Positions 26,001 to 38,710 of a stretch of DNA of 64,000 nucleotides are shown piece after piece. Where the stretch lies: the NCBI RefSeq assembly GCF_003918875.1, contig NW_025765607.1:1-64000 (forward strand), read 5' to 3'. Positions within the stretch are counted from its first letter, which is position 1. Every line of letters starts with the position of its first letter. The notes under the pieces were generated by a model. It saw nothing but the letters and a program-made list of their open reading frames with translations. It had not been told where the DNA came from and made no database searches. A program made the position numbers and the translations under genes. This DNA is from Haliotis rubra (lineage: Eukaryota).

Positions 26001-29000
26001 TGAAATCCTCGGAAAACAAAATCCGCAATCAAAAGTGTTTAGTCTCTGTTCAGCCCGACTTGGCCCGCGCTGTCAAAAAACAACTTAAACCTCACACATG
26101 TATTCTGATTTGTGTTTAAATCCATAGATTAGTATTATATCTACCTAAATATCAATGTGTGATGCTACAAAATGCCACATGTAAAGATAACTGCTCCGTT
26201 AAAGTGAAGCCCTTGTCTCTCATTTTTCAACATAGCCTCAATCAAAAGTGTTTGGTCTCTGTTCAGCTCGACTTGGCCCGTGCTGTCAAAAAACAACTTA
26301 AACCTCACTCATGTATCTTGAAATGTGTTTAAATCTATAGATTAGTATTATATCTACCTACATTTCACGTTACAGAGTCTCAAAGCGTATATATTTGAAG
26401 CAAACACCTTGCTCAAAGTGAAGCCCTATTTCCTATACATACTCAACAAAGACACAGTGTCACAAGCTTTCGGTCCGGCTTGGCCAGGGCTCTTAAATGC
26501 ATCTTATATCTCACAGATGTATCTTGGATTGTGTTTAAATCCATAGATTGGTATTATATCTACTGTTCAGTGTAAGTATATAGTCTACACTGGTGACAGT
26601 GTTACAGGCAGTGTTGACGGAGTCAGTATACTGTGTCTGAGTGGGGTATTCATGCTTCACTGCGGCATGGTATCTCAGTGAGCTAGCACTATAAAACCAG
26701 CTTTAAGTGAGTTTATGGGGTGGTATGTGATTGGATATAGATGTAAAAACATTTTCGGGCCGACGGAAATGTGTATCGGAATTGGCTGAAGTATTTATAC
26801 GTTTTAAATCGCGTTTCGTTTAACGATTCCACTTTTGGACGTAGCCTCGGTCAGCCAGTTCACAGGCTTCTCGTCTTCCTTGGTTTTAGCCGATTTACTC
26901 GAAATAAAGTTGTTATGGTACGCGTTTGTGGCTCCCGATTGATCAATATTATCATGAGTGTATGTTGCATTGATTAATTGTAGGCATGGTGTTCGTTAAT
27001 GGGTTTATTAGCCAATAATAGATTTGACCCGCCTTGGCCCGGCCCGGCCCGGCCCGACTTTTAGGCCATCCCCCTCCCGACGATGTTTATTTGACTGGCC
27101 TCAAACAATGAACACTCGGTGTCATGGAGTTGACAAGATGAACTCTGCTAACTTTTGAGAATGTCAATTAAAGGTTGTTGTTTTAATTAGACATTAAAAG
27201 CTGTACTCACAAAAAAATTGTATATGTAGTGTGTATATCATATCTCGGTAGCAACTACGTACCGTGGGAGTGTGACCGATCACTGAGGCATTTGATGCTT
27301 TTATTTTGTGTTGGTTCATTGTGGTATAGTTTTCAAGGTTCTTTTCAATGTCGGGGCGATGGGGTAGCCTAATGGTTAAAGCGTCGGCTCGTCACGCCGA
27401 ACACCCGGGTTCGAATCCCCACATGGGCACAATGTGTGAAGCCAATTTCTGGTGTCCCCCGCCGCGATGTTGCTGGAATATTGCTAAAAGCGGCGGAAAA
27501 CCAAACTCAGTCACTCAGTCAGTCTTTTCACTGTCATTTTTTAATACATGTAATTATAAGAAGTGTTTTCTAAATGTGTGGAAGTGCATGTTCATGCAAA
27601 CATAGAGATAAATCGTACACACAGTATCAGTGCCACATTACCCTCTACTCCAGACGGTCCCTACCAGATCTCCTTGACTCCCTCCACCTCCTCCTACACT
27701 GTGACAGAACACCAGGCTCTTCCATCAATCTTATGCTCCGCCCTCTGTAGACCCGGATGTAGCTACAGGTGGTTACACAATGGAACCGTCTTCAGCAGTG
27801 GAGCGGTGCTCCAGGGACAAGCTGACAGATCCAAGACAGGCTCCTACAGATGTCAGCCTTACAACACACACGGGAGAAGTGACAGTGTTACAGTCAGTGT
27901 TGATGTTCAGTGTAAGTATATAGTCTACACTGGTGACAGTGTTACAGTCAGTGTTGATGTTTAGTGTAAGTATATAGTCTACACTGGTGACAGTGTTACA
28001 GGCAGTGTTGAGGTTCAGTGTAAGCATATAGTCTACACTGGTGACAGTGATACAGTCAGTGTTGATGTTCAGTGTAAGTATATAGTCTACACTGGTGACA
28101 GTGTTACAGGCAGTGTTGATGTTCAGTGTAAGTATATAGTCTACACTGGTGACAGTGTTACAGTCAGTGTTGATGTTTAGTGTAAGTATATAGTCTACAC
28201 TGGTGACAGTGTTACAGGCAGTGTTGAGGTTCAGTGTAAGCATATAGTCTACACTGGTGACAGTGATACAGTCAGTGTTGATGTTCAGTGTAAGTATATA
28301 GTCTACACTGGTGACAGTGTTACAGGCAGTGTTGACGGAGTCAGTATACTGTGTCTGAGTGGGGTATTCATGCTTCACTGCGGCATGGTATCTCAGTGAG
28401 CTAGCACTATAAAACCAGCTTAAGTCTGGGCTAGTAGAAGCAGCCGCACATACACATACACACGCATGCACGTCGTCATATGAGCGAAATATTCTCAAGC
28501 AAGACGTTAAACCCAATTTCACCTCACCTCACAGTCAGTGTTGATGCTCAGTGTAAGTATATAGTCTACACTGGAGACAGTGTTACAGTCAGTGTTGATG
28601 TTCAGTTTAAGTATATAGTCTACACCGGTGACAGTGTTACAGTCAGTGTTGATGTTCAGTGTAAGTATATAGTCTACACTTGTGACAGTGTTACAGTCAG
28701 TGTTGATGTTCAGTGTAAGTATATAGTCTACACTGTTGACAGTGTTACAGTCAGTGTTGATGTTCAGTGTCAGTGTATAGTCTACACTGGTGACAGTGTT
28801 ACAGTCAATGTTCCGTATACCATACTTATTTCAGATTGAAATGTTTAGCCATTTTGTTTTAACCAATACCATGTCAATGATGCAGTTGTTCCCCATTTTC
28901 AGACCCAGCCGACATAAGTATGTTTACTGTTTTTTCTCTTTTGGAAAACCTCACATTGAATTCAGTGTTCAGCCATTTAGTTTCAGATGATACAATATCA

Positions 29001-32000
29001 ATGATACAGTGGTTCTTCTTTTCAGATCCAGCCAACATAAGCACTTTTACCGTCAACTCTCACAGTGGCTCAGTGACAGTTAACGAGTCTGATGAAGTGA
29101 TCTTGAGATGCCAGATTGATAGTAATCCAAAGTCAGCCATCAGGTTACTGAATGGAACTGAGGAGTTGACAAGGGCAGATAACTCCGTGACAGCAATATA
29201 TAGACTGGAGTCAGCAGACTGTAGACAAAGAGGGAACTACTCGTGTACTGCCACCAACAACATCGGGGCAGCTGTCACCCAGAAGGTGGAATTGCTGGTC
29301 AGGTGTGAGTACTTTGCACTTCAGCAAATGGTGGTTACATGTGTACAGGTACATGTGATTGTCATTATACCATAATTATTTCACACTCGTTATGGGCAGG
29401 CACAAGTAACACCTTTGGATACAATGCTCGCATGGTAGTGTTATGATTATACTCACTTCTGGTTTTAGATATGTGTTTGTCTGTATCGTCAAATGTCTGA
29501 CAAACTCACAAAATGAATTTAAGAAGCATAAACAATCCTGCAGAATAATTCCTCTGTAATTGTTTTCGAGTACGTACATAAATTTGCTACTTTGATCTTC
29601 ATCTTACCCCTCCTGTGTGACCGGGCTAGTAGTTGTACCTGAGCCAATATCAGTTATATATCAGAATTTAACCAGGTCCACCTCGACTTGACGACTCGAT
29701 TTCCAAGCAACTCAAGTTCCCTGCTAGACTTGGTGGTGACGTGACTCTATCTGTGTCAGTCCTGGCCTACCCCCTTCCTACATTTACCTGGAGTAGATCG
29801 AACAGCACCAGCCAGGACGTCAATGGTTCCTCCAGCCCTGTCTCAGACATCTCAGTCACTGCCAGACTACATCTTACTGACCTCCAACAGCAGGACTTCG
29901 GGGACTACAATCTGTCAGTGGGCAATGGCGTGGGCAGTCCAGTCACATACACAGTCAGTGTAGTGCCTGTAGGTGTGTTGTGCTTTCAGATTTGCTATTG
30001 AAGCTTAAAAGATTCAACTGTTTTCCGTCCGTCCGTGCACATTTGTCTTTCCGGAGCTGAACTCTAAAACCGTTCACTATTTCTTCACCAAACTTGGCAC
30101 ATAGATAGATCTGGTGGTGTACTGGTCCCTTTTGGTAGTTTTGGAATTCTGAATAAAATATTTTGGCATTTCAATGGCAAAAAGTTTTACTTAAACAGAA
30201 ATTAGTGGTGGTGTACTTTTCCGGAGCAGAACTCTAAAACCGTTGACTATTTCTTCACCAAACTTGGCACATAGATAGCTCTGGTGGTGTACCGGTGCCT
30301 TTTGGTAGTTTTGGAATTCTGAATGAAATATGTTTGGCATTTCCATAGCAACAAGTTTGACATAGACTGAAATTGGTGATAGTGGTCCTTTCTGGAGCAG
30401 GACTTTACAAAACCTTTCAATACTCTCCTTCCACTTTTCTATATACACACCTAAATATTTGACATAATCATAACTTGTAGATATAATCATGAAGAGTATT
30501 TTGCCATTGCGGGGGATATTGATGACTTTGTCTTCTTGTTTATTCTGTATAGGTGACGTTTCGATCGACATAGATTCTAATGCCGTTGTCAAGCAATAAT
30601 GAGTTGTATATCCATAACAATTGTCCTCATTTTTTATTTGAACTTTTCAACCAATGGAATTACATTACAATAATGACGTTTTTATTTGTTTATTTCTTGT
30701 AAGGGCCACCTCAGACACCTACACAGTTTCGAGATCTGGATAATGCAACAGCGTCGTCAATATGGTTCTCGTGGCTGCCTGGGTTCAATGGTGGACGCCC
30801 TCAGACGTTTCTAATTGAGTATCTTCAGTTTGCGACAAGAACGTGGACTGTGTACAAATCCTATGATGATCCTGGCGAGATGATGGTTGTTGAAGTGACC
30901 GGGCTTACACCAGGAGAGATTTACATATTCCGACTACAAGCTAGAAATGACTACGGGGATTCTGATAGTTATGTATTGGTAGAAGCGGTGACTGCTGGTG
31001 GTAAGTGTGTCTTCATGACCATCACTCACTGGTAACACTATGTATCTTATGGAAAACGTGTTTGCTGCAACTGAAGGAAATATATGGGTATCTTTCATGT
31101 ATAATTTCTTATTTGGGTATATATTCAGAGAACAGAAAAAGAGTAATTTCTGAGTCCTTGTACGCTAATGCACTTCGTGTTTCACAAAGGGAATGTAAAT
31201 GACCATATATCTGAATAAATATAATTATGTAGCCTAAGTAGACTAAGACTAAGATATCAATTCATCATCAGATATTAGGGCGTAAATATGAATATGCACA
31301 ATCAACGTTGATTTAGACAAATGGTTTCGCAATTCTTTGGAATTACAGTAAACATTTATGTCGGGGTTTGTTGTGATGAGGATGGGCGTGAATAACAATG
31401 GGACTGAACTGCTTGGGGAACTGGGTAAGAACTGGTTCCTCATTGACCCCTGCTTGTTGTAAACGGTGACTAACTGGTTCTGGTTGTCAGACTCTATTGA
31501 TGCATGTTATCAAGTCACTGCATGGTCTGATGGAATGTCTACAGACCGACGTCTATGTCACTAAGATATTGCGAGAAGCGTCTAAGCTAAAAATGAGCTA
31601 TATACGTTGTACCCGTCTTTGGAATTTATCATGTGTCATGTATATTACAACCCACCGCTTGCAAGGGTAGCATCTACAGATAAATAGTGAAGACCGAATC
31701 TCAAAGTTAATTTTATCCTAAGGGTTTTACAGAAAACTCTTTCGTGACACCAAGTTGTAGATAAAGCATTATTATCATACTTGTGAGGAGCCCAATGCAT
31801 AACGTTTCCTCAACGTAAACTTGCAACAGTGATATTACGTTGTGACACAAGGTTGCACAGTGATGTGATAATAACGATGTCAGAAATAATGGAAATTACG
31901 TCTCTGTGTCTTTAGTATATTAATTGGATGGAAATAATGCACTACCGTCTTGTTTTCTGCCGAATTACAAATAATTCGATGTACGCTCTTGTTCTTGCAA

Positions 32001-33534
32001 TTTTCGGGAAAGAGACAGTTTACGTCGCACCACCGTTTAAGAAACGATGAATCATAACATTGTGTAACAGTCGATACACGACGTTTTGACAACGTATGTA
32101 TGTAATGTTGCTGTAACGGTGTGAAATAACTTTTTATAATGACGTCATATTAATGTGGCGACAGCGTTGTATCATGACGTTACCAATGTACATCCGGAAA
32201 CGCCAAGTAAACGTTGTGTGAGCTTGGCACACACACTAATGATTTGTGCGAGGCTTGTGCTTGTCACTACAATATTGCACAGGGCTCAATTGAACCCCAA
32301 ATGCACACAAATGACAGTCATATTTTATGCTGTTTTGATTACATAATAGATCCACCAGACCAGGAAAAGCTCGAAGCGTCATGCATCGGTACAGGGGTAA
32401 TAGCAGGAGCTACAATAGGAACCTTTCTTCTTACCCTGCTCATTGGAGGGATGGTTCTAATGGTGCTGTACCGAAAGGGATACAGAGTTGCAAACATTCT
32501 AAAAGGTACATAGTATAAGTACAACGCATGTATTTTTATAGTTTCCATCCACAGTAACTTACAGAAAAGGTATTTGTGTCTCTCCATTTCGTTTATGATA
32601 CGACATGTTGATATTTGTGAAGTGTGTTTCAACCACCATGACATATTTACTATTCCTGTTTTCCAGGAGCTGCACGAAAAAGGTAATCCATATATCAATA
32701 CAGTTAACTGAAACACTGCATGTAAAACTACGAAATAAGTAAGTAACTTACAATAGGTTAACTAAAGCATATTACTTTTACATTATGAGGTTTATCACCC
32801 GATTGTTTTAAAAACCTGACCTGATGTTGTTTTGTAGCTCCAGCCATCTTGAACCTGTGGAAATGGACAACAGAGGATATTCATCTCTAGGTATGTACTG
32901 GCTGCTGGGTGTTTCCCTCTAGTTGATATTACAACCATCTCTCGATCTGTTAGCACTAAATCATTACAATATGTTTCAGATCAGATCGCGGCTCCAGCGC
33001 AGTATTCAAATGTGGAGGAGGGATCTGAAAAACAACAGTACACACAGTTGAAGATATATGAGAACACAAAAGGTAGGGGCAGCTTGGTTCATATTGTTTA
33101 ATCTCATGTTTCACATGGATGTATTGTCAGCTTGTTGAAGAACCAGTTCAAAGAATTGAGGTGTAATTTGTATTTGGACATATATTATTTAATTAATCTT
33201 ATCTTCAGTGGATGCTGCAGCAGATACAAGTACCTATGAGGGCGTGACAGAGACTGCTCCTGTGACCTATGAGTCCATCAGGGCATCGCCATATCAGAAC
33301 ACTGGGGCACATCCTCAAGGTAACCAAACCATGAAACACTCCTGGTGATTCTAATCGCGTTACATCGTCATCGATCAACTGTGTTCTTAAGTGTTTCAAC
33401 AGTAGTAACCCAAAGCATATGCTTCCCCTTCTGTTCGAGTTTCATACGTTTACTTTATGTGATATGTTCAGTTGATGTGATATTTGTATGTTTAATTACC
33501 TTGACTTCTGTACATTTCAGGTCTTGACGAATGA
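23067..33534 (+). CDS. Gene A: IgSF type-I membrane receptor (signal peptide, V-like Ig, 4 further Ig, FN3, TM, multi-Tyr tail), ~746 aa, apparently intact; nephrin/CEACAM/hemicentin-like annotation class
   Basis: 13 coding exons, all GT/AG and phase-compatible with no stop: 23067-23109, 23261-23599, 24239-24523, 27654-27911, 29026-29304, 29676-29972, 30704-31000, 32350-32505, 32667-32682, 32838-32890, 32980-33072, 33209-33319, 33521-33534. Motifs: SDAGTYTC, TLTCSS..YTW..YRCRA, YGP..CSALCRPGCSYRW, CQIDSNP..GNYSCTATN, FN3 SWLPGFNGGRPQTF, TM GVIAGATIGTFLLTLLIGGMVLMVLY. Probable 5' UTR exon ends at 22260. Confidence 0.88.
25074..25260 (+). mobile_element. Left end of a probable non-autonomous Tc1/pogo-type element, interrupted by the 25292-27072 insertion
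   Basis: Starts CAGTGAAGCCCCGTTAGTCTGGA with repeated GATAATCCGGA motifs; right end not found. Confidence 0.45.
25292..27072. mobile_element. Non-autonomous TIR element with 9-bp TSD (Mutator-like)
   Basis: Perfect 22-bp TIR GGGATGGCCTAAAAGTCGGGCC / GGCCCGACTTTTAGGCCATCCC. Flanks are CCTCCCGGC (25283-25291) and CCTCCCGAC (27073-27081). Three internal ~210-bp repeats at 25915-26563. Confidence 0.85.
27352..27523 (+). mobile_element. SINE family A, full length
   Basis: Matches the 15991 copy; flanking repeat TCTTTTCA(A/C)TGTC. Confidence 0.9.
27881..28810 (+). repeat. 54-bp minisatellite made of exon end + splice donor (~8.5 + ~5 units, split by a SINE)
   Basis: Unit GACAGTGTTACAGTCAGTGTTGATGTTCAGT|GTAAGTATATAGTCTACACTGGT. 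The variant pattern repeats every 4 units (216-bp higher-order repeat). Confidence 0.95.
28336..28530 (+). mobile_element. 5'-truncated SINE (V-domain-like core) inserted in the minisatellite
   Basis: CAGTGAGCTAGCACTATAAAA core, GACGTTAAACCCAA..(CACCT)n tail. Confidence 0.65.
30022..30541 (+). mobile_element. Helentron-associated non-autonomous element (HINE/DINE-like)
   Basis: (TCCG)n microsatellite, ~170-bp tandem core (30049, 30219, partial 30390; TTCACCAAACTTGGCACATAG), 3' GCGGGGGATATT...CTTGTT end. Confidence 0.7.
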
Positions 33535-35290
33535 AATACGAACAAAGTCAACATCATGTCATGAGTTTCAGCTGTGGACACAGAAACACGACGTTCAGGA
33601 CATAGCATCACTTTGCTTTGTGACAGGACGTCCCTGTTATTGCTTCATATTCACATTACTTCACACGATAAAGTTCCACATGCACGTTTACTGTTAGAAA
33701 TTCAAATCATGTTGGTTACGCTTATGTCATCTTTGTCGATTATGTATTTAATAGTGAATATTTCGCAAAGCAAATAAGCAATATATTTTCACAATGAACA
33801 CACAAATCCAATTGGTGATTACGTTGACAGATGTACATAAACAGAGACAGAACAGTCTGAAAAGTATGGCATAATATTATGGTAGCAACATAGGGGGATC
33901 AGTCATGATTTAGTGAGGTGTCAGTGGGGCAGGAAGAACCGATCCCCAGTCCTGCAGTAGGCACGAGGATACCTGTGCACTACAGAATTAACATCTGGGT
34001 GTGTAGTGACTCGAACGAAAACGAACGATTTCATCGTTGATTTGAATGACTGAATCTGTGAATCTCAACAAAATTTCAGTAGTATAATATATGCAAGTGC
34101 CTTCAGCTGAATTGATTTGAACAGACAGCGTGTATGATTTCCAACAGGTTCACAACAGCCACAAAGCAAAACTTGATTTCACGGACGGACATCGGTGTAA
34201 CCATTTTATTTCTTCAGAGTTGGACGGGGCTCCGACTGGTACAACAAACTGTTATGCAAACTGTGTCTTTAGTTTTTGGAGAATCTTCGACACTATATTT
34301 AGCACAACACTGACGTCATCCTAGACGCCTAGGGGAATCGAGGAAAAGTCAATACGTTGAAGTAGTAAATTAGTTACCGCCAAAAGGTAAATAACAACCC
34401 AAGAACATTAAATATTTCACTCTTTAAGCCTTCAGTATCCCAATAGGCGTTCCTTCAATCGGAATCAGCGTTTACTGTAGGGTGTATAATACCAAACAAC
34501 AACCAGGAAAACTCAGCCTGTGGAACGACCCGCGTAAACAACACAACCGGAAGTTGATCATGCATAACAACTTGGTGTATATTTTTCTTATACAAAAAAG
34601 CTACTGGCAGTTATCAGGACACAACGCAAATACCAAGTAACTTTGTAAACACCTACCAGGAAAAAGTGAGGAGGTCAGGGTGAGTGTACACACCAGATGA
34701 TTATATAACTGACTTTGATTGTGTCCAAAACAGGATTCCGTAGATGTCATTGTGTAAAATGAAAGAAGGATGAGGTTACAGTGATCTTTGTGTTACCTGC
34801 AGTCACTTCCAGGTTACTTACTGTGGTGTGAAATGGTCTTACGACCGTCCACCAGAATATTGCAGACTGGCAGCACATTGGCTGAAGTGAATTACCCGAA
34901 GTTGTTTGTGACATAATCCAGATTTATCGAAGTACTGACGACATGCTGCAGCCACGTCATGGCACTTACATATCTGTGAACGAAGACAGGGCTGTTTTTA
35001 TCTCTACCAGTGTGAATACTGGATATGAATCGTTTACCTCGATATAGCCAAACATGTATTGTGTACGAAGCTGTTATCACCACTAATATAAGTATTGAAT
35101 GTATATCATATATGCTAAGTGTACATCAAGTATAGGTGAATAGGGATTATATTATGAGGTTATATTATGTTTTTGCCATTATGGATATTGAATATATACC
35201 GTATATCGGGAGTGTATTGCAGACATATTGATGAGACCTGTCAAAACTGACACCAAGCAATATTCTTTTTGGTTTCATCGTGTTTAAATA

Positions 35291-35562
35291 GACCCGTGAA
35301 GATCCGGGGTAGAATAGGTCTTCAGCAACCCATGCTTGCCACAAAAAAGGCGACTATGCTTGTCGTGAGAGGCGAGTAACGGGATCGGGTGGTCAGGCTC
35401 GCTGACTTGGTTGACACATGTCATCGATTCCCAATTGCGCGGATCCATGCTCATACTGTTGATCACTGGATTGTCTGGTCCAGACTCGATTATTTACAGA
35501 CCGCCGCCATATAGCTGGAATATTGCTGAGTGTGGCGTGAAACTAAACTCACTCTATCACTC
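35291..35562 (+). mobile_element. SINE family B, full length
   Basis: GACCCGTGAAGATCCGG..GCTTGTCGTGAGAGGCGAGTAACGGGATCGG..GCTGGAATATTGCTGAG..AACTAAACTCACTC; 13-bp TSD TCGTGTTTAAATA. Shares its 3' tail with family A. Fragments at 10170-10233, 31440-31600 and 46573-46713. Confidence 0.9.
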
Positions 35563-37050
35563 TCGTGTTTAAATAAACGATAATGTTCTCTGCCGACTGC
35601 AGGTTACACCGAACGACCAAATGCAGTCTTCATGGCCAAAGTCTGTCGTGTGGCCAGAGATGGTTGGAGCTAAGTCGTCCGACTGCAGGATACTAAGTGG
35701 TGGTTCATTGTGTGTCATTTGTTAGCATGTGTTAGGTTTGTCCACATGTAGTGTAACCTCAAACACCCAACAGTGTTTGTAAATTGTTATCAAAACAAAA
35801 CCATGCAATTGGTCTCGAATATTCACATCATTATTATGTCGTTTCTTTTAAAAAAATTGTACATGTTTTGTGTATTATATTGTCCCAGGGTATGTTAATA
35901 GAAAAGAAACCAAGGATTTCACATATGTAATGATAAAAGACTGAACTCCATGGATTTGACACTTTTGTTGTTTGCTATACGCAAATGCATATGTATGTGT
36001 TTCATTTATTCATTATCATGTTGTGATATGTTGTGGAACTCGGGAAGTCCCTCTCTACTGCTTCAATATTGGAGACTGACATATTGAAGAGTTCTACAAG
36101 TTTGTTTAGAGACTAGTCTTTGAAACTAGTTCAAGTCACACATTAAATCTGCAGGTATTCTGTATGAATATATACCGACTCTTGGTAATTACATCAATGG
36201 GTATATAGAGTCTACACAGCCACATATTAAAACACATATACAGACACTCAGACAAATAGTACGTACACATATACCCGGTCGCCCAACACTATATGTGACG
36301 CACGACCTATTTGATTTGAGTGACATGTAACCTGTAGTGAATATCCAGGTGTTATGCTACGTCTACACAGACACATTATACAAGCAACAAAGGTACACTG
36401 TCGCCTATCATAATCGCTAAATGTCTTGACACATGACCTACTTCTCTGAATACCCGTCTGAATGACACACATCAAGCCATACATATCCAGCTAGCATATC
36501 AACACCGGAAGTATAATTACATACACTGTTCACCAGTGCTAGTATCTATTACTTGTGTCACTAGTTTCACACACCACCAACATGTCCATGCTGTACCTCC
36601 GTCTTATCTTCACAGTTGGGACTCGACTGGTGGACGTTCCTCACAAACAACGTGGTATGTACACGTATCTTACTTGTATGTCTATAACATGTTTTAGTTG
36701 TCACTGCATTAGGGGCAACGCAACGAGTCTCACGCCTCAGGTCCCACACACACAGTCGCCTACAATAGAACCAGGAAGTAGATTTTATGTACATCAGTAC
36801 ATGTCAACGGGTAGTACAGGTCTGCAGCTTTATAACTGGGGCCGGATTCACTAAATTTCGCCGAATATTCTTGAGCCTTAAGAATTCTTAAGTCTGGTAA
36901 GAATTCTTAGTTTCCATAGCAACCTATCTAAAACTAAGATTTTTGCTTAAGCAATATTCATCAAACCTCTTAGTGCTTAAGAGTTGTTCTGAACTTAAGA
37001 GTCCTCCACAGGTTACTTACGCACTTAGAATTTTCTTAAAGTAAACAAAG

Positions 37051-38118
37051 ATGGCCGCCTATGCATTCATCGATAGAACCAACATTTTAGAAACATACAC
37101 AGAAACAGAGTTGAAACGAAGATTTAGATTATCAAAAGATGGTATACAATTTGTAGTAAGTCTCATTTCCAATGAAATTTCGCCTCTCACTCAAAGAAGT
37201 CATCCTTTATCAAAGTTCTACTGACGCTGCGTTACTTTGCTTCACGGGCAAAGTACAGCTGTGTAATGCGGACCTCATTGGTGTTTCACAGTCTTCAGTG
37301 AGTAGGGCCATTAACCAAACAATAACTGCATTGTCTGCCCCTGCCATTGTTCGACAGTTCGTTTCGTTTCCTACCAGTCCGACTGAAATCCGACGAAACC
37401 AACTTGGTTTCTATAGCATCGCTAACTTTCCCGAAGTGGTTGGGGTTATAGATGCACATTCAGATTATAGCACCATCCGAGCACGAACCTGCTTATGTGT
37501 ACAGAAAGCAGTACCACAGCATCAATACTCAGGTTGTCTTTGACCACAGTTCACATATCATTGATGTAGTTGCGAAATGGCCCGGGTCCGCTCATGACTC
37601 GCGCATACTGACCGAGAGCGGCGTTTGCACTTTGTTCTCTCGCCACATGATGCCTGCCGGCTGCCTCTTGCTTGGAGACAGTGGATATCCATGTAGAGAC
37701 TGGCTCCTCACTCCTTATATTCAGCCTAATCCCGTCTCTCAGACAGCATACAACAGGCATATCGAATCTTGCAAACGACATGACTTTTCTCGATTAGTCA
37801 ATTAGAGTTATGCCCCTGTCAAATATGACTATAAGTGAAACTGGGTTGCATTAAAAAAGTGATGTGTTCTTTCCTGGAACAATCTACAATCCTAGAATAC
37901 ATCAAAAGCTTTCTGACAAATACATAATGAAATGACAGTAAACATAAAAGAATACTTTAGGGCTGAATAGATTATTTATCTACATCTGTATCATGTTATG
38001 TATTTACATGCCAGTTACAAATTGCAAAATATGCTACTGAAGATGTTTTTCATAACATTTGATTTTTTGACTGACAGAGCTCATAAGAGGACACACAGCA
38101 TGGTGGAGAGGGGAATAA
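37051..38118 (+). pseudogene. HARBI1-like transposase, frameshifted and truncated
   Basis: LKRRFRLSK, GVSQSSVSRAI, FPEVVGVID, YVYRKQYHSINTQVV, KWPGSAHDSRIL, LLGDSGYPCRDWLLTP, YNR|AHKRTHSMVERGI. Confidence 0.9.
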
Positions 38119-38238
38119 GGAACGTTTAACTTCTTTACAAATCAACAAAATATACATTAATTATTGTAGGAGGCAAATACTTCACAGTTACACATACAAG
38201 GTGATAACATTTTAAAGTGCACTCAAAATTTACGACCG

Positions 38239-38424
38239 TCACTTCCCTGTGAAGGTGGCATTGATCTGCTTGGTTATATTCGTCCAAATTTCCTTCTTTC
38301 GAGCAGATGTAACGCCCGGTCCAAACTTGCCGAGTAATACAGCCTTGTTTTCCTCAACAAGGCGAGTTAAGAACAACGTCTGTTCGGCCGTCCAGTTGGA
38401 TTTTCTGGTACTTTTCTTCTCCAT
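38239..38424 (-). pseudogene. Myb/SANT-like exon 1 of Harbinger 2
   Basis: MEKKSTRKSNWTAEQTLFLTRLVEENKAVLLGKFGPGVTSARKKEIWTNITKQINA. Confidence 0.85.
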
Positions 38425-38710
38425 TCTGATGTGTTGTTGTCGTCTGCGTAACTGTTTTTATATCTCCACGCGAGGAGAGTTCAACTATGCTATTAATAGA
38501 TACGGGTATTTCGAATACGTCATCTAAGAAAACTCTTAGCATAAATTTGTATCCCATAATCCCATGCGTTTCTCACTTAGAAAATTCTAAGCATTTTAAA
38601 ATATCTCAGGTAAGATTTATGCTCAGTGGCTTGGTGGATTGCTACTTAAGATAAATTCTCAGGTAAGAATTTTTAAGGAAACTTAAGCATAAACTTAAGC
38701 AAATTCTTGG

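Larger units (their letters stand above)
36839..38710. mobile_element. Second PIF/Harbinger element, internally deleted, right TIR missing
   Basis: CTG + GGGCCGGATTCACTAAA left end; CTTAAG-rich subterminal repeats at both ends; transposase and Myb/SANT remnants. Confidence 0.85.

Noticed and set aside
27773-28522. 249-aa minus-strand ORF
   Set aside because: Antisense reading of the 54-bp minisatellite; open only because the unit is a multiple of 3.
31788-32288. ACGT-rich segment with GAGCCC/GGGCTC ends
   Set aside because: Possibly a small TIR element, but the IR is too short and degenerate to call.
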